Below, in pieces: positions 50,305 to 60,098 of a stretch of 64,000 nt of DNA. Source of the stretch: Gemmatimonadota bacterium (lineage in GTDB: Bacteria; Gemmatimonadota; Gemmatimonadetes; Gemmatimonadales; Gemmatimonadaceae); NCBI GenBank assembly GCA_040389905.1, contig JAZJZK010000007.1, positions 287,492 through 351,491 on the forward strand, read 5' to 3'. A model generated the notes under the pieces. The model was not told the origin of the DNA. It ran no database searches and worked only from the letters and a program-made list of their open reading frames with translations. Within the stretch, counting starts at the first letter, position 1. Each line of letters starts with the position of its first letter. Both the position numbers and the translations under genes were made by a program.

Positions 50305-52875
50305 TTACTTGATCTCCGCACTCCCGCGTTCATAGTCGCCGATCAGGTGCTCGGCGAAGTACTCCAGCAGCATCCGCGTGAAGTACGGCTGCATATCCCC
50401 ATACCCGTGCGGCTTGCCGGGCATGATCATGAAGTCGAAGCGTTTGTTCGCCTTGATCAGCGCGTTCGCCAACCGAATAGTGTTCCCGGGATGCACGTTG
50501 TTGTCCATGTCGCCGGTGACGAGCAGCAAGCGTCCCTTGAGATTCGGGGCGAGCTCGATGTTCGTGGGCACGTGGATCTCATACTTCAGCGTATCGTCGA
50601 CGATCGATGTATCAGGCGCCGTCGCGGCGCTTGCCGGTGAGCCCTGCGGAATGATGCCCGTGCCGCGCTGACGACCGCGCGCGCTGTCCGCGCGTGTATT
50701 CGTCCGGTTTGCCGCCACGGCCTTCAGCCCGTGATTCCACTCGCTCCAGTTCTGGTTGTAGATGTTGTTGTCGTGATTCCCGGAAGACGACACACCGACC
50801 TTGAAGAAGTCGTTGTAGGGCGGCTGGAGGAGCGCCGCGCCCGTGAGGAATCCGCCGCCAGAATGGCCATAGATCCCGACGCGATCGATGTCGATGAACT
50901 TGTACTTCGCCGCGAGCTGCTCGATACCGCTCTTCTTATCGGCGAGCGCATAGTCCCGCATGTTGTAGTAGCCGTAGCGGTGGTATGCGAGTGAGCGCTG
51001 CGGACTCCCACCACGATTGCCAATCTGAATGACGATCATGCCGAGCTGCGCGAGCTGCTGCGGCACGTTGCTGGCGGAGAATGTCATGTTGACGGACTCC
51101 GTCTGGGGACCCGGATAGACATTCGCGACGATCGGATACTTCTTCGTCGAGTCGAAGTCGAAGGGCTTCCACATGTTGCCGTAGATGTCCGTCACACCGT
51201 CGGCGGCCTTGACGATGAACGGTTCGGGTGCGCGCCAGCCCATCTCCTTGATGCGCGCGAGATCGGCCTCCTCCAGGTCCATCACGACGTGACCCGTGCC
51301 GTCGCGCAGCGCAATCTTGGTGGGCGCATCCACACGTGAATAGCTATCCACCATGTACTTCTTGGTGGGAGAGATCGTTTCGGTGTGGTTGAAGTTGCCC
51401 GGGTCGACGAGGGCGAAGCCGGTGCCGTCGGCGTTCATGCGATAGGTGTGCGTTAAGTACACGTTCTCGCCGGGTTCGCGGCCGTTGCCGGTGATCCAGA
51501 TGACGCCCTTCACCGTGTCGATCTGCGCGACGGACTCGGTGTGCCACGGCCCCTCGGTCAACGCCTTCTTGAACTGCCCATCGTGACTGTACAGATAGAA
51601 GTGCCCCCAGCCAGAGCGCTCGGACCACCAGATCATGTCGCCGCCGCGTTTCGTGTATCGGATGGGGAGCGGATCGAGCGAGGCGTTCTCGATCGTCTCA
51701 CTCAACAGCACCTTGACGTTGTTCGTCGCGAGGTCGAGCTCGATGACGTCGAGATTGCGCTGGGGGCGATCGCGTCGCACGAGACGGAGCTTTTCGGAGC
51801 CGACGGAGAAGTGCAGGTCCATGAGCCGCTGGTCCTTCCACTTCTTCACACGCAGCGGCGTCACGGACTTGTTGCCGCGGTGGAAATAATAGAGTTCCTG
51901 CTGGGCAACGTCCTGCTCCCCGGGCATCGCGTACGAGTAGGAGGAGAGCGTCGGGCGCGGATTCGCCAGCGAGTTGACGAGGTATAACTCCTTCACTTTG
52001 CGCTGGTCGTTGCGGATGACGCCGAAGGCTTTGGAGTCCGGCGACCACACGACGTTCGGCCGCACGCGCGGATCGCGCGATGCACCGCCGCCTCGGCCGC
52101 CGCCGCCACCCTGGTCGTCTTGCTGTTGCTGTTGTTGCTGCTCGTCCTGGACCGCGACGGTATCGCGAAAGCCGAAGCTGTAGTTCTTGACACCGTCCGT
52201 CGTAATCTGAACCGTGTCGTTCCTGGGCTTTTCGACGATGTACAGGTTGTGATTGCGCGCGAAGACGAAGGCGGAGCTGTCCGGACTCCAATTGCGAAAC
52301 TCGGGGTTTCCGGCGGCTCCGCCACCACCACCTCCTCGCCCGCCACCACCGCGCTCCCGCTCATCATCTGGGAGGATCGAGTCGCGCGACATTTTCCCAA
52401 GGCTCTTGAGCGTCTGCGCCGTGACGCTCCATTCGTACCGCGTCGAGTCCACCATGAAGCGGAAGGCCTTGTGGTCCTTCGTGAACGTCAGCGCGGTGAA
52501 GGGCAGGTTCGTGGCATCGTACGGCTTGTGATGTAGCTCGGTGAGTTCCGCCGCGAGCTTCGCGTGATCGAAGAGTGGCCGCTTCACTTTGGTCTCGGGC
52601 AGCACAAGCGAGAAGCGGGAACCGTTTCGATCGCGCCAGTTGTACCACAGCGAGTCAGTCTCGCCGAGCCATCGTGGCTGGATGGCGGTACTGAGCACGA
52701 CACTTCGTAGTGATGCAGCGCTGAACCGGTCCGCGAGCGTCCAGTTCGCGCGCGGGTGCGTCGCGGCGGTCAGTGCCTGTGCGGGTGTGGGTGACTGGGC
52801 CACAGCGGGCAAGGCTGTCGCGAAGAGCAAGACGGCCGCGTGGGCGAGGTTCGCGCGGTGGGGAGGGCGAAGCAT
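50305..52875 (-). CDS. S9B dipeptidyl-peptidase IV family peptidase
   Basis: Signal peptide; YPGPQ, GHSGGG, GDMDNNVH, PGKPHG. Confidence 0.92.
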   Translation of the reverse strand: MLRPPHRANLAHAAVLLFATALPAVAQSPTPAQALTAATHPRANWTLADRFSAASLRSVVLSTAIQPRWLGETDSLWYNWRDRNGSRFSLVLPETKVKRPLFDHAKLAAELTELHHKPYDATNLPFTALTFTKDHKAFRFMVDSTRYEWSVTAQTLKSLGKMSRDSILPDDERERGGGGRGGGGGGAAGNPEFRNWSPDSSAFVFARNHNLYIVEKPRNDTVQITTDGVKNYSFGFRDTVAVQDEQQQQQQQDDQGGGGGRGGGASRDPRVRPNVVWSPDSKAFGVIRNDQRKVKELYLVNSLANPRPTLSSYSYAMPGEQDVAQQELYYFHRGNKSVTPLRVKKWKDQRLMDLHFSVGSEKLRLVRRDRPQRNLDVIELDLATNNVKVLLSETIENASLDPLPIRYTKRGGDMIWWSERSGWGHFYLYSHDGQFKKALTEGPWHTESVAQIDTVKGVIWITGNGREPGENVYLTHTYRMNADGTGFALVDPGNFNHTETISPTKKYMVDSYSRVDAPTKIALRDGTGHVVMDLEEADLARIKEMGWRAPEPFIVKAADGVTDIYGNMWKPFDFDSTKKYPIVANVYPGPQTESVNMTFSASNVPQQLAQLGMIVIQIGNRGGSPQRSLAYHRYGYYNMRDYALADKKSGIEQLAAKYKFIDIDRVGIYGHSGGGFLTGAALLQPPYNDFFKVGVSSSGNHDNNIYNQNWSEWNHGLKAVAANRTNTRADSARGRQRGTGIIPQGSPASAATAPDTSIVDDTLKYEIHVPTNIELAPNLKGRLLLVTGDMDNNVHPGNTIRLANALIKANKRFDFMIMPGKPHGYGDMQPYFTRMLLEYFAEHLIGDYERGSAEIK

Positions 52876-52993
52876 GAACGATTCTCCGAGGGAGGGAAGG
52901 CGCGTTCAGACTTACGACACGAGGGCGCTTCGGGCAAGACGTTCGGCTTGTCAACACTGCCTGCGGCGGCGGGCGGGCGATAGTTTTTATTGT

Positions 52994-53848
52994 ATGCAGA
53001 ACGGCGAGACAACTTCTCGAAGTGCGGCCGCGACAGAGGGCCACGAGGCGCTCGTGTCATGGCTCGCGTCACGCGGTCGCGTGGCGATCGGCTTCAGTGG
53101 CGGCGTCGACTCGGCGTATCTCGCGGTCGTGGCGCGGCAGACGCTCGGCGCGCCGAATGTTGTCGCGATCATCGGGCGAAGCGCGTCGTATCCCGCTGAG
53201 CAGTGGGCTACCGCTCGTACGGTTGCCGAGTCGTTCGGTATTCAGGTGCTCGAGCTCGACACGGACGAGCTGAGCGACCCTCGCTACGCCGCGAATCCAT
53301 CGAATCGGTGCTATTTCTGTAAAACGGAGCTCTGGTCGAAGCTGGTGCCGCTGGCGCGATCGCACGGCTTTGACGTCGTCGTCGACGGTACGAACGCTGA
53401 TGACCTGACGGATTATCGTCCGGGCGCGCAGGCGGCGCGCGAGCACGGCGTGGTCAGTCCACTCGCCGAGTTGGGTATCACGAAAGATGCGATCCGTGAA
53501 GCATCGCGCGTGCTCGGCATTCCCACCTGGTCGCAACCGTCGTCGCCGTGTCTGTCGTCGCGGCTACCATACGGGACGAGTGTTACGCCGCAGCGGCTCG
53601 GCCAGGTCGAGCGGGCGGAGGCAGCGCTGCGCGCGCTTGGGATTACCGGCGACCTGCGTGTGCGGTACCACGATGATCTGGCGCGTGTCGAGTTGTCTCG
53701 TGACGCGCTGGACGAATGGCTCGTGCCGCAGGCGCTCGAACAACTCTCGGCCGCCGTTCGAGACGCGGGATTCACTCGTGTCGCGCTCGACCTGCGCGGG
53801 TTTCGTTCTGGCTCGCTCAACGTTCTGCACGGAGTGACGGCCGCATGA
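52994..53848 (+). CDS. larE: LarE family ATP-dependent sulfur transferase
   Basis: SGGVDS PP-loop, RCYFCK, DGTNADD..DYRPG, PCLSSR, GFRSGSLN. Confidence 0.92.
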   Translation: MQNGETTSRSAAATEGHEALVSWLASRGRVAIGFSGGVDSAYLAVVARQTLGAPNVVAIIGRSASYPAEQWATARTVAESFGIQVLELDTDELSDPRYAANPSNRCYFCKTELWSKLVPLARSHGFDVVVDGTNADDLTDYRPGAQAAREHGVVSPLAELGITKDAIREASRVLGIPTWSQPSSPCLSSRLPYGTSVTPQRLGQVERAEAALRALGITGDLRVRYHDDLARVELSRDALDEWLVPQALEQLSAAVRDAGFTRVALDLRGFRSGSLNVLHGVTAA

Positions 53849-54072
53849 GTATTCGGCGCGAAACGCCCGGAGGTCCGACCGCGCTCGAAAAGGCGCTATC
53901 GGAGGGCGGAATTCCATGCAAGGTCGAGACGCGCGCCGGGCTCGCCGTGCTGATCGCGACGCCTGACATGGTGGCGCGACTCGGGGATGCCGAACTGCGG
54001 CGCACCGCGCTCGCGTTGGCGCGCGAGCACGGGTTCACGCACATGGCGATCGAGTTAAGAAGCGAGGGTTAG
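53845..54072 (+). CDS. Small protein resembling the LarE C-terminal domain
   Basis: ATGA overlap; VETRAGLAVL...AREHGFTHMAIEL. Confidence 0.65.
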   Translation: MSIRRETPGGPTALEKALSEGGIPCKVETRAGLAVLIATPDMVARLGDAELRRTALALAREHGFTHMAIELRSEG

Positions 54073-54084
54073 AAAAGGGCAACA

Positions 54085-54161
54085 GCAGGTTGCAGGCCCT
54101 TCACTTCGTTCCCTTCGTCGCATGCGCTCCTCGAGGGCAGGCAGACGACAAAACGAGCGGG
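54085..54161. repeat. Degenerate TTTTGTCGCCCTGA-family REP-like element
   Basis: GCAGG..GGCCCTTC...CTCCTCGAGGG..CGACAAAACGAGCGG. Confidence 0.6.
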
Positions 54162-54172
54162 GTTCGTCTGCG

Positions 54173-55654
54173 CTATCGACCTGCGGGAAGCTTTCCCCCG
54201 CCGAACTTGTCGAGCACCTTACCAGCAATGCAGCGCCCCATCTCCGCTCCCTTCACGTTCGAGACGGGATAGTGGATGCCACCATAGATGCGAGAGCGGC
54301 CTGCTTCATCGGACGCCGCGCTGAAGGATGCGAAGTTCCGCACCTCGTGACCCAGCGGCACACTCGTGCTATCCGCGAACGGTCCGTCGCCGAGTATGCC
54401 CGCGAGGGTCGCAGCGGCAGCGGCTGAGACGGTCGAGTGGCCGGAGACGTACTCGGGGAACGGCGGTGTCGGAATCGCTGGCTCCCAGGTGGAGTCCATG
54501 GTCATGCGAATGTAGGTGCGCGGCCGGATGACGTTCACCTCGAACTTGACCCCCCAGGTGGCAATGAAGGCATCGGCCATCGAGGCGCTGGTCAAGACCA
54601 TGAGCCACGCGGCCTGCGCGCCGTTCAGTTTGCGCTCACTCACCATCTGGCTGGCGATCGACAACCAATGTCCAACGGGCGTTCCGGTCTCGCCGCCATT
54701 GTCTGCCCAGTAGAGCGCGGTGGCTTTCTGCGCTGGTGTGAGGGCTTTGCTGATGTCGTGCACGGCCTTCGCCTCTCCATACAGCCCGGCACCCGGCGTC
54801 AGTGAGAACGCGGGGGGTGGCGGCAATGGACACTCACGCCATGTCGTCAAAACAAAGGGGCGGTTGTGCCCCCAGTACGCCTCGGTCACGCCGGCCATGT
54901 TGGTGGCCGGCATGGTAGTTGGCCCGGGTCGCTTTTGCCGGTCGAGAATCAGACCGCGATCGCTCGCGGAACCCGATGGGGCCGCGTTCGTCGGATTGCC
55001 CGGAACGATGAGCTGACTGACTCCGGAAATATTCTGCGTCGTGTAGGTCGTCGTTGTCGAATCGTTTACCCAGAGTCCCGGTCCAACCGGGGGAACGTAT
55101 TTTCGTCCACGTGTTGAATCGAACCCATCGCCGTGTGCCCACGCGACGATCGCAAGCCCCGTTCTTCGACCAAGATCTGCCGAGCGCGCGCGCACGTCTT
55201 CGTTGAGACCCTCGGCGATGCGTGCGGTGAGCAACGAGTCGGCGAACTGTGTCAGCGACGCCTTCGTCGTCGGAAGACCATCGCGAAAGAGGCTGTCGAC
55301 AATGACGCGCTCAGCGCTCACCGCCGCAATCGTCGGGTCGTAGGTCGCTCCGGACTCGCCCTTCGGAAGCGTCGCAAGCCCGTTGAGCTTGCCGTCGAGC
55401 GTCGGAAGCCCCGGTGTCGCGGCGGCGATACCGGAGTAGAGCGCGCCGGTCGCATACGCCGATAGCCGGGACGCCACGTTCGGCGACAGGCGCTCCGCTC
55501 GGATGGCGCCGTAGAGTCGGTGCATCCATCCGGACACCATGTGCGGATCTGCTTCGCGCGTGCGACTGCAGGCAGAGATGAGGCAGACGGCGGCCAACAG
55601 CGCGAGGGCAGGAATACGTCGGTGAGTCATCGAGTGCGTCGAAAAGGGAGGCAT
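54173..55654 (-). CDS. Vanadium-dependent haloperoxidase / PAP2 family lipoprotein
   Basis: KFEVNVIRP, PPFPEYVSGHS, SRIYGGIHY; lipobox LISAC. Confidence 0.85.
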   Translation of the reverse strand: MPPFSTHSMTHRRIPALALLAAVCLISACSRTREADPHMVSGWMHRLYGAIRAERLSPNVASRLSAYATGALYSGIAAATPGLPTLDGKLNGLATLPKGESGATYDPTIAAVSAERVIVDSLFRDGLPTTKASLTQFADSLLTARIAEGLNEDVRARSADLGRRTGLAIVAWAHGDGFDSTRGRKYVPPVGPGLWVNDSTTTTYTTQNISGVSQLIVPGNPTNAAPSGSASDRGLILDRQKRPGPTTMPATNMAGVTEAYWGHNRPFVLTTWRECPLPPPPAFSLTPGAGLYGEAKAVHDISKALTPAQKATALYWADNGGETGTPVGHWLSIASQMVSERKLNGAQAAWLMVLTSASMADAFIATWGVKFEVNVIRPRTYIRMTMDSTWEPAIPTPPFPEYVSGHSTVSAAAAATLAGILGDGPFADSTSVPLGHEVRNFASFSAASDEAGRSRIYGGIHYPVSNVKGAEMGRCIAGKVLDKFGGGKLPAGR

Positions 55655-55892
55655 GCAGCGAATCTACGCGATCCAGCAGCAAGACGTTTGAATCCACCAG
55701 TCGTTCGGGAAGGGGCAACACATCCCCCTGGTATGCAAGCCGTTGTCTCAGCGGACGTTACAGGATGGGATCCGCAGAAACCCACCACTCGGCAGCGCGA
55801 GGCACGCACGTACGGGTCTCGCCATCTGCTTCGCGAACGCGCCGCCGATAGTTGCGTCAGGAGATTGCCCTTCGTGGTGCGTAGTTTCGTGG

Positions 55893-56036
55893 ATGTCATC
55901 CCGAGCCCATTCGACTTCGCTCAGGGTAAACTCCGTCGAGGGATCTGCACGTTCAGTGTGGGTTTGTGGGTGCAGACCCCTCGATTCGCGGAGCCTGCCC
56001 TGAGCGTAGTCGAATGGGTTCACTCGGGGTGACACC
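55893..56036. repeat. Composite REP-like inverted repeat
   Basis: GTCATCCCGAGCCCATTCGACTTCGCTCAGGG..GAGGGATCTGCAC / GTGCAGACCCCTCG..CCCTGAGCGTAGTCGAATGGG..CTCGGGGTGAC. Confidence 0.85.
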
Positions 56037-56124
56037 TTAGGAATTGGCTGTTTTACGATGGGGGGTAGATATATTCCCCGCGACCTGTGACGTCGTGCCA
56101 CGACCATTCGATACGAGATCCGAG

Positions 56125-56742
56125 ATGAAGACACGCTTCGCCACCGCGGCCGCCCTCCTCGTCCTGGGAGCCGCTCCGAGCCTGAACGCGCAACAGCCGC
56201 CTCCGGCCACGGAGGTCGGAGTGGAGTTCAAAGCGCTCGGCACGCTTCCAGCCAAGAGTGGAGCCCCGCTCACCGTCACGAGCCCCGCCTTTGCTCCCGG
56301 CGGCGACATTCCCTTCGAAAACACGCAATACAAAGGCAACGTCTTTCCGGGTCTCGCATGGACGGCTGGCCCATCGGGCACCAAGACGTATGCGGTGATC
56401 CTTCAGGATCTCGACGCCATGCGAAACGGTGCGCCCATCCTGCACTGGACGATGGTGAATATCCCGGGCACCGTGACCAAGCTCGATGCAGGAATGACGG
56501 CTCCGCCGGCTGGCGCGCAGTATGGCCCGAACATTCGAGGCGCTGCACAGGCGTACATGGGTCCGCGTACCCCCGCAGGGCCCAAGCACCGTTATCACTT
56601 TCAGGTGTTCGCCCTCGATACGTCGATCCCTGCGGATGCGACCGCGACCTACGCCACGATGACGGATGCGATGAAGGGCCATGTGCTCGCGAGTGGCGAG
56701 GTCATTGGGCTCGGCCAGATCATGCCACCGCCGGCGCCCTAG
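56125..56742 (+). CDS. Exported YbhB/YbcL (PEBP) family protein
   Basis: LTVTSPAF, DLDA..HW, YMGP..P.GPKHRYHFQVFALD. Confidence 0.9.
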   Translation: MKTRFATAAALLVLGAAPSLNAQQPPPATEVGVEFKALGTLPAKSGAPLTVTSPAFAPGGDIPFENTQYKGNVFPGLAWTAGPSGTKTYAVILQDLDAMRNGAPILHWTMVNIPGTVTKLDAGMTAPPAGAQYGPNIRGAAQAYMGPRTPAGPKHRYHFQVFALDTSIPADATATYATMTDAMKGHVLASGEVIGLGQIMPPPAP

Positions 56743-56790
56743 GACGCGCGAATTATCATCCGCAGGCGTGCGTGAATTAGACTTGCCGAT

Positions 56791-57375
56791 GTGCAAACCC
56801 CTGGCTCGCAGCGGCTCTTTCTCGCGATCGAGTTTCCGTCGCCATTGATTGCCGCGCTCGACAGCGCTGTCGAGCCGTTGCGCGCCTTGGCGCCGGAACT
56901 CGCGTGGGTTCCGCTCGACAAGCAGCACTTGACGATGAAGTTCCTCGGTGACGTCCGCGACGCCGAAGTTCCTCGGGTGATCGCCATGGCCGAGTCCGTC
57001 GCGCGAATGCACCGGCCGTTCGAGATACAATTGAACGGGATTGGTGCGTTTCCAAACTTCAAACGGGCACGAGTCGTATGGCTTGGGGTAGAGCAGGAGG
57101 CCCGGTTGGAGCTGCTGCATCACGACCTCGAGGTAGCGGGCGAGGCAGAGGGCTTTGAAATCGAAGGGCGACCATTCCGGCCGCATCTCACCGTGGCGCG
57201 GGTGCGGGTGCCGCTCGATCGTGAGCGCACCAGGTTGTTCGCACGTGCGGCGCGGAGAGTAAACTTCTCGGCGAGCGCGGTCGTTTCTGAAATTGCCGTG
57301 TTCGAAAGCACGCTCGCGTCGCGTGGCGCGCGCTACCGCCGCATTTACGCGGCGACACTCGGCGGAGGCCGTTGA
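56791..57375 (+). CDS. thpR: RNA 2',3'-cyclic phosphodiesterase (2H family)
   Basis: RLFLAI, HLTMKFLG, FRPHLTVAR. Confidence 0.9.
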   Translation: MQTPGSQRLFLAIEFPSPLIAALDSAVEPLRALAPELAWVPLDKQHLTMKFLGDVRDAEVPRVIAMAESVARMHRPFEIQLNGIGAFPNFKRARVVWLGVEQEARLELLHHDLEVAGEAEGFEIEGRPFRPHLTVARVRVPLDRERTRLFARAARRVNFSASAVVSEIAVFESTLASRGARYRRIYAATLGGGR

Positions 57376-57378
57376 CTG

Positions 57379-58038
57379 ATGGGTTGCATTGCACGTCTCG
57401 GATGTCTCATTGTCCTCGCCATCCTGGCGATCTGCGCCTACTTCACGCGCGATCGCTGGCTGCACAAGATCACGAACTCGCCGGCTGCGGTTTCGACCGC
57501 GCCCGTCTGGGAGCCGCTGACGCCGGAGGCGGGCCTGAAAGGCAAGCGCATCGTCGAATCGATGACGTCGTCCACCGGGCCGGTGTTCGCGAACTTGAAG
57601 GCGGGCGAAGTGGCGTCGTACGTCTTCCAGACGGTCGGCAAGACGATTCCCGCGTCGTCGGACAGCGCCGAGGCAGCGGTGATCGGAGACGTGCTGTATG
57701 TCCGTGCGGTCGTGCCGATGAAGGAGATTGCCGGCTCCGGCGTCCTTGGGCCGTTAGCGGGCCTCCTCAACGATCGCGAGCGGCTGTCGTTCGGCGGGAG
57801 CTTCCGCGTCGTGCGACCGGGGCTGAGCGAATTCCAGATTCGCGAGATCAAGCTGCGCGATTTCAAGGTTCCGTCGGGAGCCATACCAAAACTTGTCCAG
57901 CAGATCTCGCGGGGGAATCGTCCCGAAGGTATTTCTCCCAACGCGTTGCCGGTGACGACGCCGAAGACACTCGGCGATGTTCGCATTGCGAATCATCTGG
58001 TCACACTCTACAAGACGGTCCCGGGTTCCACGCCATGA
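57379..58038 (+). CDS. Membrane-anchored hypothetical protein
   Basis: MGCIARLGCL N-terminal anchor; operonic spacing. Confidence 0.75.
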   Translation: MGCIARLGCLIVLAILAICAYFTRDRWLHKITNSPAAVSTAPVWEPLTPEAGLKGKRIVESMTSSTGPVFANLKAGEVASYVFQTVGKTIPASSDSAEAAVIGDVLYVRAVVPMKEIAGSGVLGPLAGLLNDRERLSFGGSFRVVRPGLSEFQIREIKLRDFKVPSGAIPKLVQQISRGNRPEGISPNALPVTTPKTLGDVRIANHLVTLYKTVPGSTP

Positions 58039-59456
58039 AACGAAAGATCCTGATCGTCGACGACGAGCAGGGCATCCGCGCGGCGCTCGGCCAACTCCTC
58101 GAGTTCGAGGGCTACGACGTGCGGACCGCGGCCAACGCCGTGGACGGCCTGAGCGAGTATGCGCGCTTTCGCCCGCACCTCGTCTTCATGGATGTGAAGA
58201 TGGCGGGTATCGACGGGCTGGAGGCGCTCAAGAAGCTTCGAGAGCAGGACGCGCAGGCGGTCGTCGTCATGATCAGCGGTCACGCGACGATACAGACGGC
58301 GGTCGAAGCGACGCAGCACGGCGCATACGACATCCTCGAAAAGCCGCTGGACACCGATCGCATCCTCGTCACGTTGCGCAACGCGCTCGCCCACCTCGAT
58401 CTTGCGGAAGAGAACGAGCGGCTGCGCGACACGATTCATTCTCGCTTCGCGATCGTCGGCAACTCGTATGGTGTTCGGGCGCTGACGGACAAGATTGCGC
58501 TCGTGGCGAAGACGCCGGCGCGCGTGCTGATCACCGGCGAGAATGGCACCGGCAAGGAACTCGTTGCGCGCGCGATTCACACGCAGTCCACGCGCGCCAA
58601 GCAATCGTTCATCGAGGTGAATTGCGCGGCCATCCCGAGTGAGCTGATCGAGAGCGAGTTGTTCGGCCACATCAAGGGATCGTTCACCGGCGCGGTGGCG
58701 GATCGTGCGGGAAAGTTCGAGCAAGCCGACCGCGGCACGCTCTTTCTCGACGAGATTGGCGACATGAGCCTTGCCGCGCAGGCGAAAGTGCTCCGCGTGC
58801 TTCAAGACGGCGTGGTCACGCGCATCGGAGGTTCGAAGCCGGTGCAGGTCGATGTGCGCGTGCTCGCCGCGACCAACAAGAACGTCGAAGAGGAAATCAG
58901 TGCGGGCCGATTCCGCGAGGATCTCTACTACCGGCTCAATGTCGTGCCCATTCACGTGCCGCCTCTGCGTGAGCGGCGCGAGGACATTCCGTCGCTCATC
59001 GGGCATTTCGTGGCGCAACTCACCGGCGCTGGTGGGCTGTCACCGCGCGCGATCGGCGACGACGCGATTGCACGGCTGCAGCAACGCGACTGGCCGGGAA
59101 ATGTGCGCGAGCTGCGCAACACGATCGAGCGACTCCTGATTCTCTCGAGCGGACCGCGCATCGGCGCGGATGACGTCGAGCGGCTCGTCGGCCGCCGCGC
59201 CGATTCCGCCGAGGGTGGATTGGGGTCCCTGCTCGACGTGGCTACCTTCGACGAATTCAAGCACGCGGCAGAACGCGCGTATCTCCTGGCGAAACTGCGC
59301 GCGTTCGATTGGAACGTGAGCGAAACGGCGCGCGCGCTCGACATGCCGCGTTCCAACCTGTACAAGAAGATTGAACGGTACGCCCTGAGCCGCGAGGGGG
59401 GAGCCACGGCCCCACTGCCGACGACAGCCGGACACGACGAGGACGACGACGAATGA
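58035..59456 (+). CDS. Sigma-54-dependent response regulator, NtrC/NtrX-like
   Basis: ILIVDDE receiver; GENGTGKE, GSFTGA, FLDEIG, WPGNVREL, Fis-type HTH. Confidence 0.95.
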   Translation: MKRKILIVDDEQGIRAALGQLLEFEGYDVRTAANAVDGLSEYARFRPHLVFMDVKMAGIDGLEALKKLREQDAQAVVVMISGHATIQTAVEATQHGAYDILEKPLDTDRILVTLRNALAHLDLAEENERLRDTIHSRFAIVGNSYGVRALTDKIALVAKTPARVLITGENGTGKELVARAIHTQSTRAKQSFIEVNCAAIPSELIESELFGHIKGSFTGAVADRAGKFEQADRGTLFLDEIGDMSLAAQAKVLRVLQDGVVTRIGGSKPVQVDVRVLAATNKNVEEEISAGRFREDLYYRLNVVPIHVPPLRERREDIPSLIGHFVAQLTGAGGLSPRAIGDDAIARLQQRDWPGNVRELRNTIERLLILSSGPRIGADDVERLVGRRADSAEGGLGSLLDVATFDEFKHAAERAYLLAKLRAFDWNVSETARALDMPRSNLYKKIERYALSREGGATAPLPTTAGHDEDDDE

Positions 59457-59932
59457 CCGATTGGGACGCAGAACTCAAGAAGATCGACAAGCAGTTGGAA
59501 TCGATGTCGGATTCGGCGTTGATCCCTGCGCCGGCGAAAGGAGCGCCGCCCGCCGCGAAGGCCGCGGTGGCTGCCGAGCGGGCATCAACCAAGACGTGGC
59601 CGGCGTTGGTGCGGTTGGGACTCGCCACGGTGCTCGCTGTTGGCATTCTCTTCTGGCCATATCCGTCGCGCTGCGGTGTGGGGCTGGCCGGCTACCTCAC
59701 GGCGGTGAGCGCGGTCACGCTCGGTGGGCTGTGGAGCAGCGTGTGGACATGGCGTCATCGCACGGCACGCGCGCACATCCTCTCGTTGCTTCTTATCGTG
59801 TGGGGGCTCGTGCTGGCCGCGTCGGAGATTCTTCCCCACGCGGGCTACGCCAAGCCGGACGCTGCGCGACCGGTGGGGTGGTCGTGCGTTGCTCCTGTTC
59901 CCCCTATGACCGGAACGCCAACGACAAAATAG
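59453..59932 (+). CDS. Membrane protein
   Basis: ATGA overlap; three TM segments. Confidence 0.75.
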   Translation: MTDWDAELKKIDKQLESMSDSALIPAPAKGAPPAAKAAVAAERASTKTWPALVRLGLATVLAVGILFWPYPSRCGVGLAGYLTAVSAVTLGGLWSSVWTWRHRTARAHILSLLLIVWGLVLAASEILPHAGYAKPDAARPVGWSCVAPVPPMTGTPTTK

Positions 59933-60031
59933 GTAAGCAACGAAGGGCCTGCACCTCGCGGGCCTCAGATTTCAGGTGTTTCAGCCATCAGCCGCAGCTT
60001 ACAGGCGTTCAGGGGGTGTGGCGTCCCACTC

Positions 60032-60068
60032 ATTTTGTCGCCCTGAGCGAAGCGAAGGCCCGCACCTT
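60032..60068. repeat. Half copy of TTTTGTCGCCCTGA-family REP-like element
   Basis: TTTTGTCGCCCTGAGCGAAGCGAAGGCCCGCACCT. Confidence 0.75.
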
Positions 60069-60098
60069 CGCAGTTCCTCATCGTACGCATGAAACCGG

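Noticed and set aside
52589..52993. N-terminal extension of larE
   Set aside because: Antisense to the S9 peptidase start; LarE similarity begins after ATG 52994.
56053..57465. Long antisense ORFs (also 13079-14269, 25379-26533, 34390-35628, 40490-41860)
   Set aside because: Shadow ORFs opposite well-supported genes in high-GC DNA, with no motifs.
57372..58034. N-terminal extension of the 694-aa response regulator ORF
   Set aside because: Overlaps the better ORF 57379-58038; the receiver domain starts at ATG 58035.
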